Source: a virus (lineage: Duplodnaviria; Caudoviricetes). Taken from it: a stretch of 64,000 nucleotides of DNA. Shown here in pieces: positions 19,213-29,648 of the stretch. Each line of letters starts with the position of its first letter. Position 1 is the stretch's first letter. The translations under genes were made by a program, and so were the position numbers. Below the pieces are notes generated by a model. It was not told the DNA's origin and did no database searches. It saw only the letters and a program-made list of their open reading frames with translations. Where the stretch lies: IMG/VR virus record IMGVR_UViG_3300048854_000074, positions 6,118-70,117 of that record; one strand, given 5' to 3'.

Positions 19213-19385
19213 GTCTTGGCGGGGCGACCTGGTTTGCGTTTATCTTCAACAGCAGATTCGTCGCTATGCAGCAACACCCACCAATGCGATTCGTACTCGG
19301 CGGGGATTTCCTGACCGACCGAGAACGGCAGCGGCCGGCAGTCGTCGCGGGTCAGGACAAAGTCCTGATTGGCGATGCGTGTCAT
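19209..19385 (-). CDS. Small head-associated protein (58 aa, not in the ORF track)
   Basis: MTRIANQDFVLTRDD...KRKPGRPAKT; RBS GGAG; ATGA-coupled to the next gene. Confidence 0.7.
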   Translation of the reverse strand: MTRIANQDFVLTRDDCRPLPFSVGQEIPAEYESHWWVLLHSDESAVEDKRKPGRPAKT

Positions 19386-19443
19386 CGTTTGCTCCAGAAT
19401 ACTGCCGGGAGAGGCCTATATTACAACGACTCCCGGCAATCGC

Positions 19444-20511
19444 TTAGATTGCGTCCCGGTATGCCAGGGTCGTTCCGTAGCGGAACTCGACCTGGCCAAA
19501 ACGCGACCAGTAGGTCGTGATCTGGAACAGCGAGCGATACTCGAGCGGCGTGCGCTGCAGTTCCGTCATCGGATACTGGACGTACTTCTTGTCCTTGTTG
19601 TACGCGACCATACGGTCGACCGTGCCGAGCGTGCCCGGCGTGCCGCCGACACCCGCACCGATCAGCCACTTCAGAGGGAGAATTTCCAGCTTCGTGCCCG
19701 ACTTCGTGCTGATGTTGTTTTCCAGCAGGTATGTCAGGATCGACTGGTTACCCGCCGAGCTGACGATCGTCGCCGCCAGATAGCCGTACTGCGCCGGGGG
19801 CAGAAGCAAGCGATTGGGCATGACCTTCCAGCCTGCCGCCTGCCATGCGCTCGTCAGAAGTTCGTTGACGTCCTTCAGGATTTCAGCCGGCGTCTTCGTA
19901 GTCCATTGCGGCGTGCTTGCGGCACCGTTCGCAACGTTCGAATAGCTACCAACAAGCGAATTCGAGTTCACGAGACCGGAGGTGCCGATGTTCGTGTCGC
20001 CCATGTAGACCAGTTGATCCAGGTCCATGTTGCGCTTGAGGTTCATGCCCTCGACCTTCTGCGCGTCTACCGGCTGGCCGAGCGCCTGCGCCTTCACTAG
20101 CTCGGGCACGGTGTATTTGACTTCAGCACCCCACAGGCGCATCGCCTGCGCGGTCTTGCCGATGTCGAGCGACGGGCCAGCAATCGCATTGCCTTCGTTC
20201 GAGATCCAGTTCAGGCCGCCCGGCGTCATGCCGCCAGCCATCGCGAATGCCGAGTTCGTGAACGAGGCGATTTCATCAGCCGGCGAAACGTCGGTGCGGA
20301 TGTCGATGTCGCGCGACCAGGTGAATTCGACCAGCGGCTCGTTGAGCGTCTGGTCGAGACGTTCGAGCTGACCGATCAGGAACGCACCGGTCGAGTCGAT
20401 CGTCATCTGATCGTAGGTCATCATGCCATCGGTCGTGAAGTGGCGCGCGAACTTGCGCGATGCTTCAGCGATTTCCCGGCGCTTGAGGAATTTTTGAACA
20501 GACATGTCCAT
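19444..20511 (-). CDS. Major capsid protein (DUF2184-like)
   Basis: GAFLIGQLERLDQTL, PNRLLLPP motifs; synteny. Confidence 0.92.
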   Translation of the reverse strand: MDMSVQKFLKRREIAEASRKFARHFTTDGMMTYDQMTIDSTGAFLIGQLERLDQTLNEPLVEFTWSRDIDIRTDVSPADEIASFTNSAFAMAGGMTPGGLNWISNEGNAIAGPSLDIGKTAQAMRLWGAEVKYTVPELVKAQALGQPVDAQKVEGMNLKRNMDLDQLVYMGDTNIGTSGLVNSNSLVGSYSNVANGAASTPQWTTKTPAEILKDVNELLTSAWQAAGWKVMPNRLLLPPAQYGYLAATIVSSAGNQSILTYLLENNISTKSGTKLEILPLKWLIGAGVGGTPGTLGTVDRMVAYNKDKKYVQYPMTELQRTPLEYRSLFQITTYWSRFGQVEFRYGTTLAYRDAI

Positions 20512-20532
20512 TGTGTTGTTGCTCCAGAAACG

Positions 20533-20553
20533 AAAAAACCCGCCGAAGCGGGT
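20533..20553 (-). terminator. Terminator-like hairpin with UUCG loop
   Basis: ACCCGC-TTCG-GCGGGT followed by T-tract on the - strand. Confidence 0.65.
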
Positions 20554-20585
20554 CTGTAAGCGGATGCGCGATTAAGCGCCGGGGA

Positions 20586-21092
20586 TCAGATATTGACGGC
20601 GATTTCCGTGATCCCGTATGCATCTGCGGGACCAGTGAAGTACCAGTTCGACGGCATCGCGACGGTGTTGGTCGTATCGGATGCAGCTTCGAAGCCACCG
20701 AGCGGCTTGCCGGAAGCGGCGCCAGCGACGCGCACGTACACGGCGCCGCCCTTGGCTGCTGCGGTTGTGCCACCGAGCGAGACCATCACATAGCCGCGTT
20801 TGAGAATGTCAGTCACGCCCGAGGTCGGGGGCGTCGACGTGCCGAGCGGGTCAGTGCCGTTGCCTTGGATCGGATACGGGCGAAGGTTCACGCCCTGCAC
20901 GAGCGCTGCGGTGTCGGCCGACAGGTTGATCGGCTGAACCTTGCCGGAAACGTATTTCACAGCCACGCCAAATGCGGTCGGCGGCGTTGCCGAGTCGATC
21001 AGTTGAGTCTCGATCGTCGCGACTTCAGCGCGTTGAAGATCGCCAGCGAAACCTGCCGGCATGCGGAATTGATAAGCTTGCAACGAGGGCAT
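20586..21092 (-). CDS. Capsid decoration/cement protein
   Basis: Between scaffold and capsid genes; RMPAGFAGD start. Confidence 0.8.
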   Translation of the reverse strand: MPSLQAYQFRMPAGFAGDLQRAEVATIETQLIDSATPPTAFGVAVKYVSGKVQPINLSADTAALVQGVNLRPYPIQGNGTDPLGTSTPPTSGVTDILKRGYVMVSLGGTTAAAKGGAVYVRVAGAASGKPLGGFEAASDTTNTVAMPSNWYFTGPADAYGITEIAVNI

Positions 21093-21101
21093 GTCGGCTC
21101 C

Positions 21102-22526
21102 TTACTTACGGTTCGCCCAAAATTCGGCGTGGATCTGGTTGATGTCTTTGGCTTCTGCGGCGGCGTCGGTCGTCTTGCGAGCGACGGTCTTGTTTTTCTG
21201 CTTGACGAGTTCCGATGCAGCATGGAACGCCATCTTGGCAGCCACGCAATCCATCTTCGATACGTCGGCGTCGCCAGTGATACTGCGGACGAGGTCGCCG
21301 TGATCGTTCGTCAGCGCGGCACGCAAAGCGCGGCGGCGAAGCACGCAGATCGAGTCGGCGGTCTTCTTGCCATCGGCCTTCGCGTCGTAGGTCGGCAGCT
21401 TCACGCCAGGAGCGAGGATTTCAGCGCGCGCCTTAGCGTCCTGGAACTCATCGCGGAACGAGGCGGAATCGTTGGTCGACTTTTTCTCGTCGTCCTTCTT
21501 TTCTTCGTCGCCGTCCTCGTCTTCCGTCATCTTTTCGTCGTCCTCATCGGCGTCGCTTTCTTCGTCCTTGGTCTCTTCCTTCTTTTCTTCTTCGGCAGAG
21601 TCCTTGGTGAGCGCCTTGACGGATTTTTCGAGGGACGAGAGGCGGTCGTCGAACTTGGTCAGCACCGCCGCCAGATCCGGACCTTCGTCCTTCGTTTCTT
21701 CTTTGTCCTCATCCTTTTTGTCGTCTTTCTTTTCCTCGGACTCAGAGTCCTTGGTCGACATATGGATATGGATGTGCTGACCGTCGCCCGCACTTTCCTC
21801 ATTAATCTCGTCGAGCGTCTTTTCAAAGCCCTCGGAGTCTTTTGTCATAAAAGCCTTGCGCAGTCGGTCGAACAGCGCCGAGGGCTTCGTCTTACTCGAC
21901 ATGGATGAATCTCCCAAAAATGGATTGGAGTCTTGGACGGAACAGGTTGTCCCGCAGCGCGGGTTCCTGACCAACGCAACGTGATTTGCCACGATGGTCG
22001 TTTGCCGCGCCCGTCCCGGCGCGATTTGCTGGTAGCCCGCGTCATAACCGACTGAAATGCCTTTCAGGCCGTTGTTTCGGACTTCGTTGATGGCGAACTT
22101 GTCTGTAATCAACAGGTCCGCAATGAGTAGGTCGGATTGATCGCCTGAGCCGCGGCGCGGGTTATGTGTCGACCCCTTGGCGAGAGCAGACCAGTTTTCC
22201 GGATTTACTTCGCCTTCGGGATGCCCAATGGTCACCGGCTTTCCGATAAGGCTGGCGAACGTTTCTGGCGAGAACACAACGGCCTCATCGCGCTCGACGA
22301 CAATGAGGCCGTCTTTTCCGGCCTCAAGGTCGGGCAATTCGATATCGACGTAATCCTGAGTCCCGATACGCGCAATCGGCACGTCCTCGCAGATCAGGAA
22401 GCCCTCAGGAGTAAAAGACTGGTTCGGGCCAAGTTGCTCGATCGAAAAGAATCCGCGAGTGGTCACCGAATCTTTCGTAGGCGCGCGCTTGCTCACGCAC
22501 GACTTGCACTCGCACGCTTTTGACAT
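21102..22526 (-). CDS. Prohead protease/scaffold (DUF2213-like)
   Basis: TPEGFLIC, NHVALV..PRCG motifs; acidic C-terminal scaffold. Confidence 0.9.
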   Translation of the reverse strand: MSKACECKSCVSKRAPTKDSVTTRGFFSIEQLGPNQSFTPEGFLICEDVPIARIGTQDYVDIELPDLEAGKDGLIVVERDEAVVFSPETFASLIGKPVTIGHPEGEVNPENWSALAKGSTHNPRRGSGDQSDLLIADLLITDKFAINEVRNNGLKGISVGYDAGYQQIAPGRARQTTIVANHVALVRNPRCGTTCSVQDSNPFLGDSSMSSKTKPSALFDRLRKAFMTKDSEGFEKTLDEINEESAGDGQHIHIHMSTKDSESEEKKDDKKDEDKEETKDEGPDLAAVLTKFDDRLSSLEKSVKALTKDSAEEEKKEETKDEESDADEDDEKMTEDEDGDEEKKDDEKKSTNDSASFRDEFQDAKARAEILAPGVKLPTYDAKADGKKTADSICVLRRRALRAALTNDHGDLVRSITGDADVSKMDCVAAKMAFHAASELVKQKNKTVARKTTDAAAEAKDINQIHAEFWANRK

Positions 22527-22556
22527 GGATATAGAGGAGCAATCCGCTTGCGCGGG

Positions 22557-23303
22557 TTAATCGGAAATGATGGGTTCTGCCCAGCAGCGGCAGTTATAAA
22601 TGCAGCCTGGGTTTGCTCTAGCACCCGTGCGCTCATCGGCAACGGGAGGATTTCGCCACTGGAAAACGCGGCCGTTAAGCTTGCGGTGATCGCTGCGAAC
22701 GTCCGAGTCTTCGGATGTGTGCCAGATGTACGAGTCAGAGCCGATCGATTCGGCCCGGGCCTGCGTCAGAGTCGTGGCCGTGCGCGAGACTTCAGTTCGA
22801 GCGATCGTGTTAGCCCTGCTGGCTGTCACCTCGCCAGAGCGCATGATCTCTTTGGCGATCTCGCTGGCGCGGGTTGAATCTTCGATGCCGGCAAGCGTCA
22901 GTTGATGGACTCTTTGCGCCGCCTCGCGCGGCAGGCTTTGGATCAAGTCAACCTGTTCCGCCAGCAGCGCCCGCATTACGACGCCGGTCGGCGCATTGCG
23001 GATTTCTTCGCGAAGCCCGCGTGACAGGTCTTTAGCCAGGACCTTCCACGTCTGCTCATCGCGTAGCGCCACGTCCATCAGCATGTTGCTGGCTGTCTGC
23101 GTGGCCCAGCCCTTGAGCATGTCCGCGTAGGCATTCAGCAAGTGCTCGATCGTCGGCACCTGCGACATGTCGCCCGGCGTGAACGGCTGGATGATCGCGC
23201 CTACCTGTTGCGCGACCTTCCTGAGCTGAGATCCGTATCGAAGCTCTGCGCCTCGCGTCTTGACCGGGTTGCGTTCGCGCTTGCGGTCGAGAGTGAAGAT
23301 CAT
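22557..23303 (-). CDS. Head morphogenesis protein (SPP1 gp7/Mu F family)
   Basis: TIARTE...VRSDH...NCRC motifs. Confidence 0.92.
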   Translation of the reverse strand: MIFTLDRKRERNPVKTRGAELRYGSQLRKVAQQVGAIIQPFTPGDMSQVPTIEHLLNAYADMLKGWATQTASNMLMDVALRDEQTWKVLAKDLSRGLREEIRNAPTGVVMRALLAEQVDLIQSLPREAAQRVHQLTLAGIEDSTRASEIAKEIMRSGEVTASRANTIARTEVSRTATTLTQARAESIGSDSYIWHTSEDSDVRSDHRKLNGRVFQWRNPPVADERTGARANPGCIYNCRCWAEPIISD

Positions 23304-23603
23304 CTAGTCTGGAACAAAAGGGGATGGGCAATCAGCACAAGCTGCTCCAGTGCGCTTCAGGTTGCAACAAATTCGCGGCCTTTCTGTCGGCTCATTAATT
23401 TCTCTCTCGACCTCTTCCAGCCAATAACGCACAGACCGGAGTGCATCAACCATCTGCGATTTGCTCCACGCTGCATTTGCACGCTGCGCCGATTTAACAA
23501 GTTCATCCGTAGCTGAACGAGCCGCTCGAATGTTCGGCATCGGCGAGGGCGGAGGAGGAATCGGAGATCGCATAGCTTTCCTCTTTGGTTGATAGCCGAA
23601 CAT
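23304..23603 (-). CDS. Hypothetical protein
   Basis: ORF abutting portal and gp7-like genes; Cys-rich end. Confidence 0.5.
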   Translation of the reverse strand: MFGYQPKRKAMRSPIPPPPSPMPNIRAARSATDELVKSAQRANAAWSKSQMVDALRSVRYWLEEVEREINEPTERPRICCNLKRTGAACADCPSPFVPD

Positions 23604-25054
23604 TATTTCTTACGAATCCGTTTCCTGATCCAATCCAGCGCAGAACCAGAATCGCCGGTCAGACTCGATACATCTGGCAAGTCCATCTCACCGGGTGGCG
23701 GGGCGTTCTTTTCCTGTTCTTCGGCTTCGGCAATATCGTCGTCCGTGATTGACCCGAACAGGCCGGTCACTTGCGCCGAGGCCTTAAGATCCTTCATTGC
23801 AGAGGATGGCTTCTGGACATTGGCATCCACAGCCTTGGTAACAGCATCGACCTTCTTGACAGCGATCTCAGCCTTCTCGGCTTCGTTCATTTCCTGAAGC
23901 GACCGGAACTCGAAGCCGAAGTCATCAGGCAAAGGCTTGCCGAGCGACGACATCGACATCACGCCGAACAGGCGGTGTAGAGGGTTGCGTAGGCGCCGCT
24001 CTTGGTTCTGCTTGACCTTCTCTTCCCACTGTTTCATTTCGCCTTCGCCAGTCGCGCCGAGCCCGGTGGGAGACTGGCCGAACAGGCGAGTGAATGGCAT
24101 ACCGAGTGCACCGCACAATTGCTGCGCGAACTGAAGCAACATGTCGGACAGGCCCGCAAAAGAATATTGGTGCGTCTCGAATTTATCCTTCCCGTCGACG
24201 ACCGTGAGCCCTTCATTGGTCTGCGCCTGACGTATGAATTCCATCTGCTTCTGAAGTGCAGCCAAAGCGGGGCCGCCCATGCCGATGATTTCGCGGAGTT
24301 TGTCGATCGTCATCGTGCGCAGATGAGCTTTGTAGACAAGCTGCCCGGCGCCGACTGATGCGCTGTCGAATGCGATCAAACGATCCCACATCGGCTCCAA
24401 AACCGACAAGCCCCAGCCGTTCTCCGAGACGCGCTGATAGAAAGGCAAGTCCATCCCATCCATGCGGATGACGCGACTGTAGTGAATCTTTGCTTTCGGA
24501 ATTGCTGCGTAGTCGGCGAGTACGTTGTAATAGACCGGCTTCCCCATGTCGGGGCCAAACTCGGTCACGACATCGCCAACAGGTGGCGATACCATCCAGC
24601 GGTCCAGAATCAGAAGGCCCTTGAATTGGCCTTTCGAAATAGCCTCGACGCGCAAAGGAGTTGAGAAGTCCTGCCCATCAATCAGCATGACAGCAAGGCT
24701 GCCGCCATAAAGGTTTGCCCACTTGCCGTTATCGCATAACGCATCCCAGATCGCCATGCGCATCAAGTCTTGATCCAGCTTGGTGATGTCTTCTGGATCG
24801 AGCCCGGAAAACTCCACGCCCGCCCTGGTCATATCTTCCGGCAGGGCGTCGACAGCAGCACGAACAATCCACGATCCGCGATAAGCCGCTTCCAGATTGA
24901 TCCGGTTGCGGCTTTGATACGTGAGCGTGTACTGAGACGCTGACGACTGGTTATTAGTGCCCCAGCCGACGTTTGCAGCGAAATTCGAGAATGAATCGTT
25001 GGTGCGGACCGGTTGCGTCACGCTTGCCTTCATGTTTCGACGTGACTTAGCCAT
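23603..25054 (-). CDS. Portal protein (DUF1073-like)
   Basis: Follows the terminase; LFGQSPTG motif. Confidence 0.9.
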   Translation of the reverse strand: MAKSRRNMKASVTQPVRTNDSFSNFAANVGWGTNNQSSASQYTLTYQSRNRINLEAAYRGSWIVRAAVDALPEDMTRAGVEFSGLDPEDITKLDQDLMRMAIWDALCDNGKWANLYGGSLAVMLIDGQDFSTPLRVEAISKGQFKGLLILDRWMVSPPVGDVVTEFGPDMGKPVYYNVLADYAAIPKAKIHYSRVIRMDGMDLPFYQRVSENGWGLSVLEPMWDRLIAFDSASVGAGQLVYKAHLRTMTIDKLREIIGMGGPALAALQKQMEFIRQAQTNEGLTVVDGKDKFETHQYSFAGLSDMLLQFAQQLCGALGMPFTRLFGQSPTGLGATGEGEMKQWEEKVKQNQERRLRNPLHRLFGVMSMSSLGKPLPDDFGFEFRSLQEMNEAEKAEIAVKKVDAVTKAVDANVQKPSSAMKDLKASAQVTGLFGSITDDDIAEAEEQEKNAPPPGEMDLPDVSSLTGDSGSALDWIRKRIRKK

Positions 25055-25099
25055 ATCAGCGGAAAATCCTTTCTCTCGGCTCGGTGGCCCTTGGTGTTT

Positions 25100-26695
25100 T
25101 TAACTCGCCAACCTAGCCCAGATGTCGAGCGATCGACTAGCAGGCTGAAAGCAGATCATCACGGAGTCGGCAAGGTTTGGTGACATCGTTCCTTCTGGCG
25201 CCTTATCGACCACGATCTTGCCGACTGTGTTGACGGTGTATGTGGGCTGAGACAGCTCCATTGTCAGCGCCACCAACTCTTCAAGGTCTGGATCAATGGA
25301 GATGATGTCGTCGGGGTTGTACGGCATGTTCTCAACGACAGCACGATAGACGGCCTGGAAACGAATCCGGAGAGCCCACCAGGCTTGAGCTTTGGCATTG
25401 GCGAAAAAATCCTTGTTCTTTCGCTCTTTGACCATTTCCCCTTCCGGGTCATCAACAGCACCAGAGCCTCGGAACGGCTCATCGCGAACGGGGTATTTGC
25501 CTGCGGCGGCCCTTTGCTCGTTGATAACACGCGCATCACCGCGGACGCCAGCGCCCAGCCCGTCTGCGTCGTAGTCGAACGCCTCATACTGACGCTCGTC
25601 GCAGATCGCCATAGCACGCTCAACCGTCGAGAAAATGTCGCTGCCTTTCCCAGACCACGACTTCACGTAGTCCAGTAAGAATCCGTGACGCCCAGCAAAC
25701 GCGTTCTTGTCTTTGCCTTCATCGGCTACATCAAGTGCGCCGCGTCGAGTGCCAGTAGGGTCAATGCCAAGCTTGCGATGCGCCCCAATGGCTGCTTGCA
25801 CCCACTCCGATGGGATAAGCACCCCCTCGGTCGATGCCGAGTAGTTGATGTCGATTTCCTGGGCGACCGTTACCGGATCCAGAAACTCGCGCTGCTTCGC
25901 GTACCATGCGTCGTCTTTGCGCGGATCATCACGCCAGTGAAACGTGAAAACCTTGATCTTTCCGCCGTGGCGCTTCTGGGCAAAGGGGTTGCCCATACCA
26001 TTCGGTGTCGATATGTCCTGCCTGCAATTCGTTGTGGCGGAGAGAGACGCGTCAACCAGTTGCGGGCGCTCAAGGAACGCCGATTCGTCTACGATATAGA
26101 AGCTGGATCGGTCACCGCGCCCGATGCCATCGCCAGACTCTCCTGTAATGACTGAGCCGCTATCAGGAAACACGATCCGCATGTGTGGCGCATGCGAGCC
26201 AACGTCCCAAGAGCCGCGGAACTCGGCGGGCAGCAGCGTCATGAACTGCCTAGCCTTCCAGAACAGCGACTTGGGCGAGCCGATCTTGTCGACGTATTCT
26301 TCCTTGCGCGATCCGAAGCCCACCACCACGCCGGGGTTGAACAGGCAGACAGTGTCGGCGAGCGCCACGGTGAGCCATGACATACCCATGTCGCGGGTCT
26401 TCTCCGTGATGCCGGGCTCCTGCGCCTTCCATCGGTCCAGGAACCAGACGATCCACTCTTCCTGCTTCGGGAACAGCAGAAACGGAATCTGCGCCGGCAG
26501 GCCGCGCTCGACATTGCGCGGGTCGAACGTCATGCCCCAGTCGATGATGAACTGGGCCGGATTGTCCCGGTAGTACGTCTTCAACGCAGGAACCATAGAT
26601 GGATCTGCGCGAATTCGCCTCAGCCTCTCCGCCCGCCATTCGAACACCTGAAGGTAATCAGGGTTGCGGAAGTCGAACGTAAACGGGATCGGCAT
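25100..26695 (-). CDS. Terminase large subunit
   Basis: EKTRDMG Walker A region, YIVDES Walker B, ALDVADEG nuclease motif. Confidence 0.93.
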   Translation of the reverse strand: MPIPFTFDFRNPDYLQVFEWRAERLRRIRADPSMVPALKTYYRDNPAQFIIDWGMTFDPRNVERGLPAQIPFLLFPKQEEWIVWFLDRWKAQEPGITEKTRDMGMSWLTVALADTVCLFNPGVVVGFGSRKEEYVDKIGSPKSLFWKARQFMTLLPAEFRGSWDVGSHAPHMRIVFPDSGSVITGESGDGIGRGDRSSFYIVDESAFLERPQLVDASLSATTNCRQDISTPNGMGNPFAQKRHGGKIKVFTFHWRDDPRKDDAWYAKQREFLDPVTVAQEIDINYSASTEGVLIPSEWVQAAIGAHRKLGIDPTGTRRGALDVADEGKDKNAFAGRHGFLLDYVKSWSGKGSDIFSTVERAMAICDERQYEAFDYDADGLGAGVRGDARVINEQRAAAGKYPVRDEPFRGSGAVDDPEGEMVKERKNKDFFANAKAQAWWALRIRFQAVYRAVVENMPYNPDDIISIDPDLEELVALTMELSQPTYTVNTVGKIVVDKAPEGTMSPNLADSVMICFQPASRSLDIWARLAS

Positions 26696-26696
26696 G

Positions 26697-27341
26697 TCAT
26701 GGATTCATCAGCCGCGCGTATTGCTTCGCCGCTTCAATTGGGTCGGATGCAGCGAACTGCTTTGGATTGCTATCGCCTCCAGCCGCTTCAGCGCCAATGC
26801 TGTACGCCTCGCGCTCGAGCGTAATAAGCGTCTTGAGCGAATCCGACAGCGCCTTCATGGTCGACGTCCGGCCGCCCAGCGACATAGCCTTCATATAGGC
26901 CTCGTACAGTTTGTCGCGCCCGTTGTCGTCCGGCGTCATCATAAGCACGCCCAGATTCTCGTACAGATCGCGGTACTCCGTCTGGTGTTCCAACTCCGCT
27001 AAGAGCGTCATCACCAGCGTGCGCGACTTGGAGATGTCAGACCGGTGGGACAACCGGACGTTAGCAATTACCTCGGCGTTCGCTTCAACGATCGCCCTTT
27101 CGGTAACCGCCTTTTCCGTGGATACCTGAGTGGATACCTCACGCTTGGATACCAGTGCGTCGGCCTTTGCCTGTATGCGTTTGGCTAGATCTCGCTCCCA
27201 TCCATCCCGCTTGGCGCGCTTGTTGATTGCGCCATGTGTGATGCCTTGAGATGCAGCAATCTCCCGAACCGACAACAAGCCAGCCCGGTAGTCAGCTTCA
27301 ATCCGCTCCCAGTCCGGCGCGGCTTTCTTCTCTTGCGCCAT
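26697..27341 (-). CDS. Terminase small subunit
   Basis: [16 protein letters not shown] start; immediately upstream of TerL. Confidence 0.85.
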   Translation of the reverse strand: MAQEKKAAPDWERIEADYRAGLLSVREIAASQGITHGAINKRAKRDGWERDLAKRIQAKADALVSKREVSTQVSTEKAVTERAIVEANAEVIANVRLSHRSDISKSRTLVMTLLAELEHQTEYRDLYENLGVLMMTPDDNGRDKLYEAYMKAMSLGGRTSTMKALSDSLKTLITLEREAYSIGAEAAGGDSNPKQFAASDPIEAAKQYARLMNP

Positions 27342-27405
27342 ATTCTCTCTGTAGCGTCAGGGCTACGGGTTTAGCGGGTTTGGGTGGTGGTGTGGCCGGA
27401 GGGCG

Positions 27406-28572
27406 TCAGGCTGCTTCGAACATTTCCGGGCACACGATCGTCCGCGCCACTTGCCCGTACTTCTCGTGATATGTAATTGCTGCAGCCGCCCGCTCCGAGA
27501 TCCACCCGCCACGCGCAGCATGCGCATCGCGAGCAGCGAGGGTAGGGTGCTGCGTAACCGTCATGCCGGCGTACTCTTTCTCGTCAACATGGTGCCGATG
27601 ACCGCAGTGGGCGTATCGCTTTGTCGTCGCGCCCCACAACTTCGGGAACTGCGCCGCAAAGAGCATTGGCAACTGTTCGTTGGTCACCTTGTGACCGTGG
27701 TGGAACGCCAGCATCGTCTCGCCGTGCTGGTGGACGTAGAACGGTAATTCGGAGTCGTTCACTGACAGGCGCGGCTCATCCTCATACAGCGCGGCGAACA
27801 TCTGCCGCATCCACATAGAACCGCTCTCGTCGTGATTGCCCTCACAAACGATCAGATGCACCGTTTTGTGCTTCATGAGCGCGTGGTTGATCAGGCGACG
27901 TAGAACGCGTATCGCAGCGGCCACGATCTTCGAGAACCGGCCGTCTGTGTCTAAAACGTTCTTGTGTGCAGGCGTAAGGGGCAAAAGCCCGTCGCTATGC
28001 AGGAAGTCACCTTGAATCGTCAGAACGCACGTGGCGGCTTGCGGCGCGGACTCGACCATATGGACGAAGCTGGCGAGCAGCAAGCGCTCGGCAATCTTTA
28101 AATCCCAGTCGGCGCCACCTTCGCGATGCCAACTGAGTTGGCCCATATGATAGTCAGTGAAAACTATCAGGTTGCACAGCGCAGAATCGACCTTGATCGG
28201 CCCTGGCGCGGCCTTAACCCGAGGCAGCGTCTCGCTCATCGCGGCGCATGCTTCGCGGAAGATCGCTTCCTGTCGATCGTGGTCGACCTGGCTTTTCACC
28301 CATTGACCAGTAAGAACGCCGTCCTTATTGAAGTAGGACGAGACGCCTTTTGTCAGGAAGCCATCAGGCACAGCCCGAGTCATGTGACATTCGGGCGCGT
28401 AGCCCATCTTCGCCGCTTTCTTCTTGAGCGAAGCAATCGCATTGCCGATCGTGCCGCGACTCAAACCAAGCTCTGCGGCGGCTTTGCTGTCGGTGCCAAG
28501 CCGGTCGATTGCTTCGATGAATTCGAGTTGCCGCGGCGTTGCCCACTCTTTCAGTTTCTGGTCAATCGCCAC
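27406..28572 (-). CDS. HTH plus calcineurin-like metallophosphoesterase
   Basis: TDYH, GDFLH, GNHD, HHGH, GHRH metal motifs. Confidence 0.85.
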   Translation of the reverse strand: MAIDQKLKEWATPRQLEFIEAIDRLGTDSKAAAELGLSRGTIGNAIASLKKKAAKMGYAPECHMTRAVPDGFLTKGVSSYFNKDGVLTGQWVKSQVDHDRQEAIFREACAAMSETLPRVKAAPGPIKVDSALCNLIVFTDYHMGQLSWHREGGADWDLKIAERLLLASFVHMVESAPQAATCVLTIQGDFLHSDGLLPLTPAHKNVLDTDGRFSKIVAAAIRVLRRLINHALMKHKTVHLIVCEGNHDESGSMWMRQMFAALYEDEPRLSVNDSELPFYVHQHGETMLAFHHGHKVTNEQLPMLFAAQFPKLWGATTKRYAHCGHRHHVDEKEYAGMTVTQHPTLAARDAHAARGGWISERAAAAITYHEKYGQVARTIVCPEMFEAA

Positions 28573-28580
28573 AGTTTCCC

Positions 28581-28802
28581 CTAAGAATTAAGCTTGCCCG
28601 CGAACTCACCGCAGGTTAATTGCGGCTCGACCACCGGGAACTGACTGAATGAACCGAGCGATTCAACGTCGTACACAACAACTGGCGGATACCGGCGACA
28701 TAGCCAGAATTCGCCTTGGTAGTGCGCATGCCTACATGACTTGCATGTGCTTGTCGGCTCCTCGACCTCAGTTTTGGGCTTTCGGGCCATCGGCACACTC
28801 AA
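28581..28802 (-). CDS. Cys-rich hypothetical protein
   Basis: CKSC...CRRYPP...CGEF. Confidence 0.6.
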   Translation of the reverse strand: MSVPMARKPKTEVEEPTSTCKSCRHAHYQGEFWLCRRYPPVVVYDVESLGSFSQFPVVEPQLTCGEFAGKLNS

Positions 28803-28865
28803 ATAAAAAAGCCCTCAACCTTTCGGGAGAGCAGACGCCGCAGGGGAACGGCGCGAGGAGAAAAC

Positions 28866-28938
28866 TGGCGGGCAGCGAAGGAGTCGAACCCTCACGGCTA
28901 GGATTTGGAATCCTGCCTGCTCCCTGAGCTACCACCCG
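28866..28938 (-). tRNA. tRNA-Trp(CCA)-like, non-canonical
   Basis: TAGCTCAG, anticodon loop TTCCAAA, T-arm GAGGG-TTCGACT-CCTTC, encoded CCA end; D-loop short. Confidence 0.7.
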
Positions 28939-29102
28939 TTATTTGTGAAAGCACTCCGTACCGTGGAGCATCCGTTTGTATCACTAGCAGCACGTTATCC
29001 GCCGCATCTGGGCTAATGTCGTGCATGCGTTACGTTAGGCGCTTCCGTCGCCCGTCTAAATCTACCGGCCCGACACCGGCTGACGGCGGAAGCAGGGGAT
29101 CG

Positions 29103-29372
29103 TTATGGCTTGATGCGAAATTCCCACAAGTCAGATAGCTTGCACGACTGCAGATCAATGACCTTTTGCGCTTCCTCGACAGTTCGGTAGCTTCCCCACT
29201 TACGCCATTCCGGCTCTGCCAACCATTTAGGAAGGACGCATCGCTTATGACGGCGTGACTGCACGATGACCGGCTTGTCTTTCTTGGCCTTTGGCGCCAA
29301 TGGGCGCTGCTCAACAATGCCTTGGCGAGCCGCCTTGGCTTCGTTACAGTCTTCGCGATAGGTCTGGGTCAC
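29103..29372 (-). CDS. Hypothetical protein
   Basis: ORF track; coupled to neighbour. Confidence 0.6.
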   Translation of the reverse strand: MTQTYREDCNEAKAARQGIVEQRPLAPKAKKDKPVIVQSRRHKRCVLPKWLAEPEWRKWGSYRTVEEAQKVIDLQSCKLSDLWEFRIKP

Positions 29373-29560
29373 AGGTTTGCCATTTCAATCGGGTCGCAGC
29401 ACGGCTTGCCGTCTACCAGCTCGCGGGAGCACCACCAGCAGCGATCCCGATTGCCTGAATAGAAGACTGGCAGCGTAGCCGCTCTAATAGCCAGATCGAT
29501 CGGGGAGTAGATCGGCTTACCTTTGAGGTCGTGATCTACTGGCGTCATCAGCCATCCCAT
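29369..29560 (-). CDS. Hypothetical protein
   Basis: ORF track; CxxC...CC. Confidence 0.5.
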   Translation of the reverse strand: MGWLMTPVDHDLKGKPIYSPIDLAIRAATLPVFYSGNRDRCWWCSRELVDGKPCCDPIEMANL

Positions 29561-29648
29561 CCTTCCATCTGATCCGCCCAGTCTATATAGAAGCGCGAGG
29601 CTTCAAGGTGCCAAGTACCGAGCCAGAGCATCCATGCGGTTAGCGGGT

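Noticed and set aside
19402-19437. TGCCGGGAG/CTCCCGGCA hairpin after the capsid gene as a novel element
   Set aside because: Ordinary mRNA-stabilising or attenuating stem-loop position, with no further structure
21472-21780. Low-complexity repeats as a possible array
   Set aside because: They encode the acidic scaffold region; no fixed repeat-spacer period
23603-25054. Reading the DUF1073-type protein as an anti-defence enzyme
   Set aside because: Size and position between TerL and the gp7-like gene identify it as the portal
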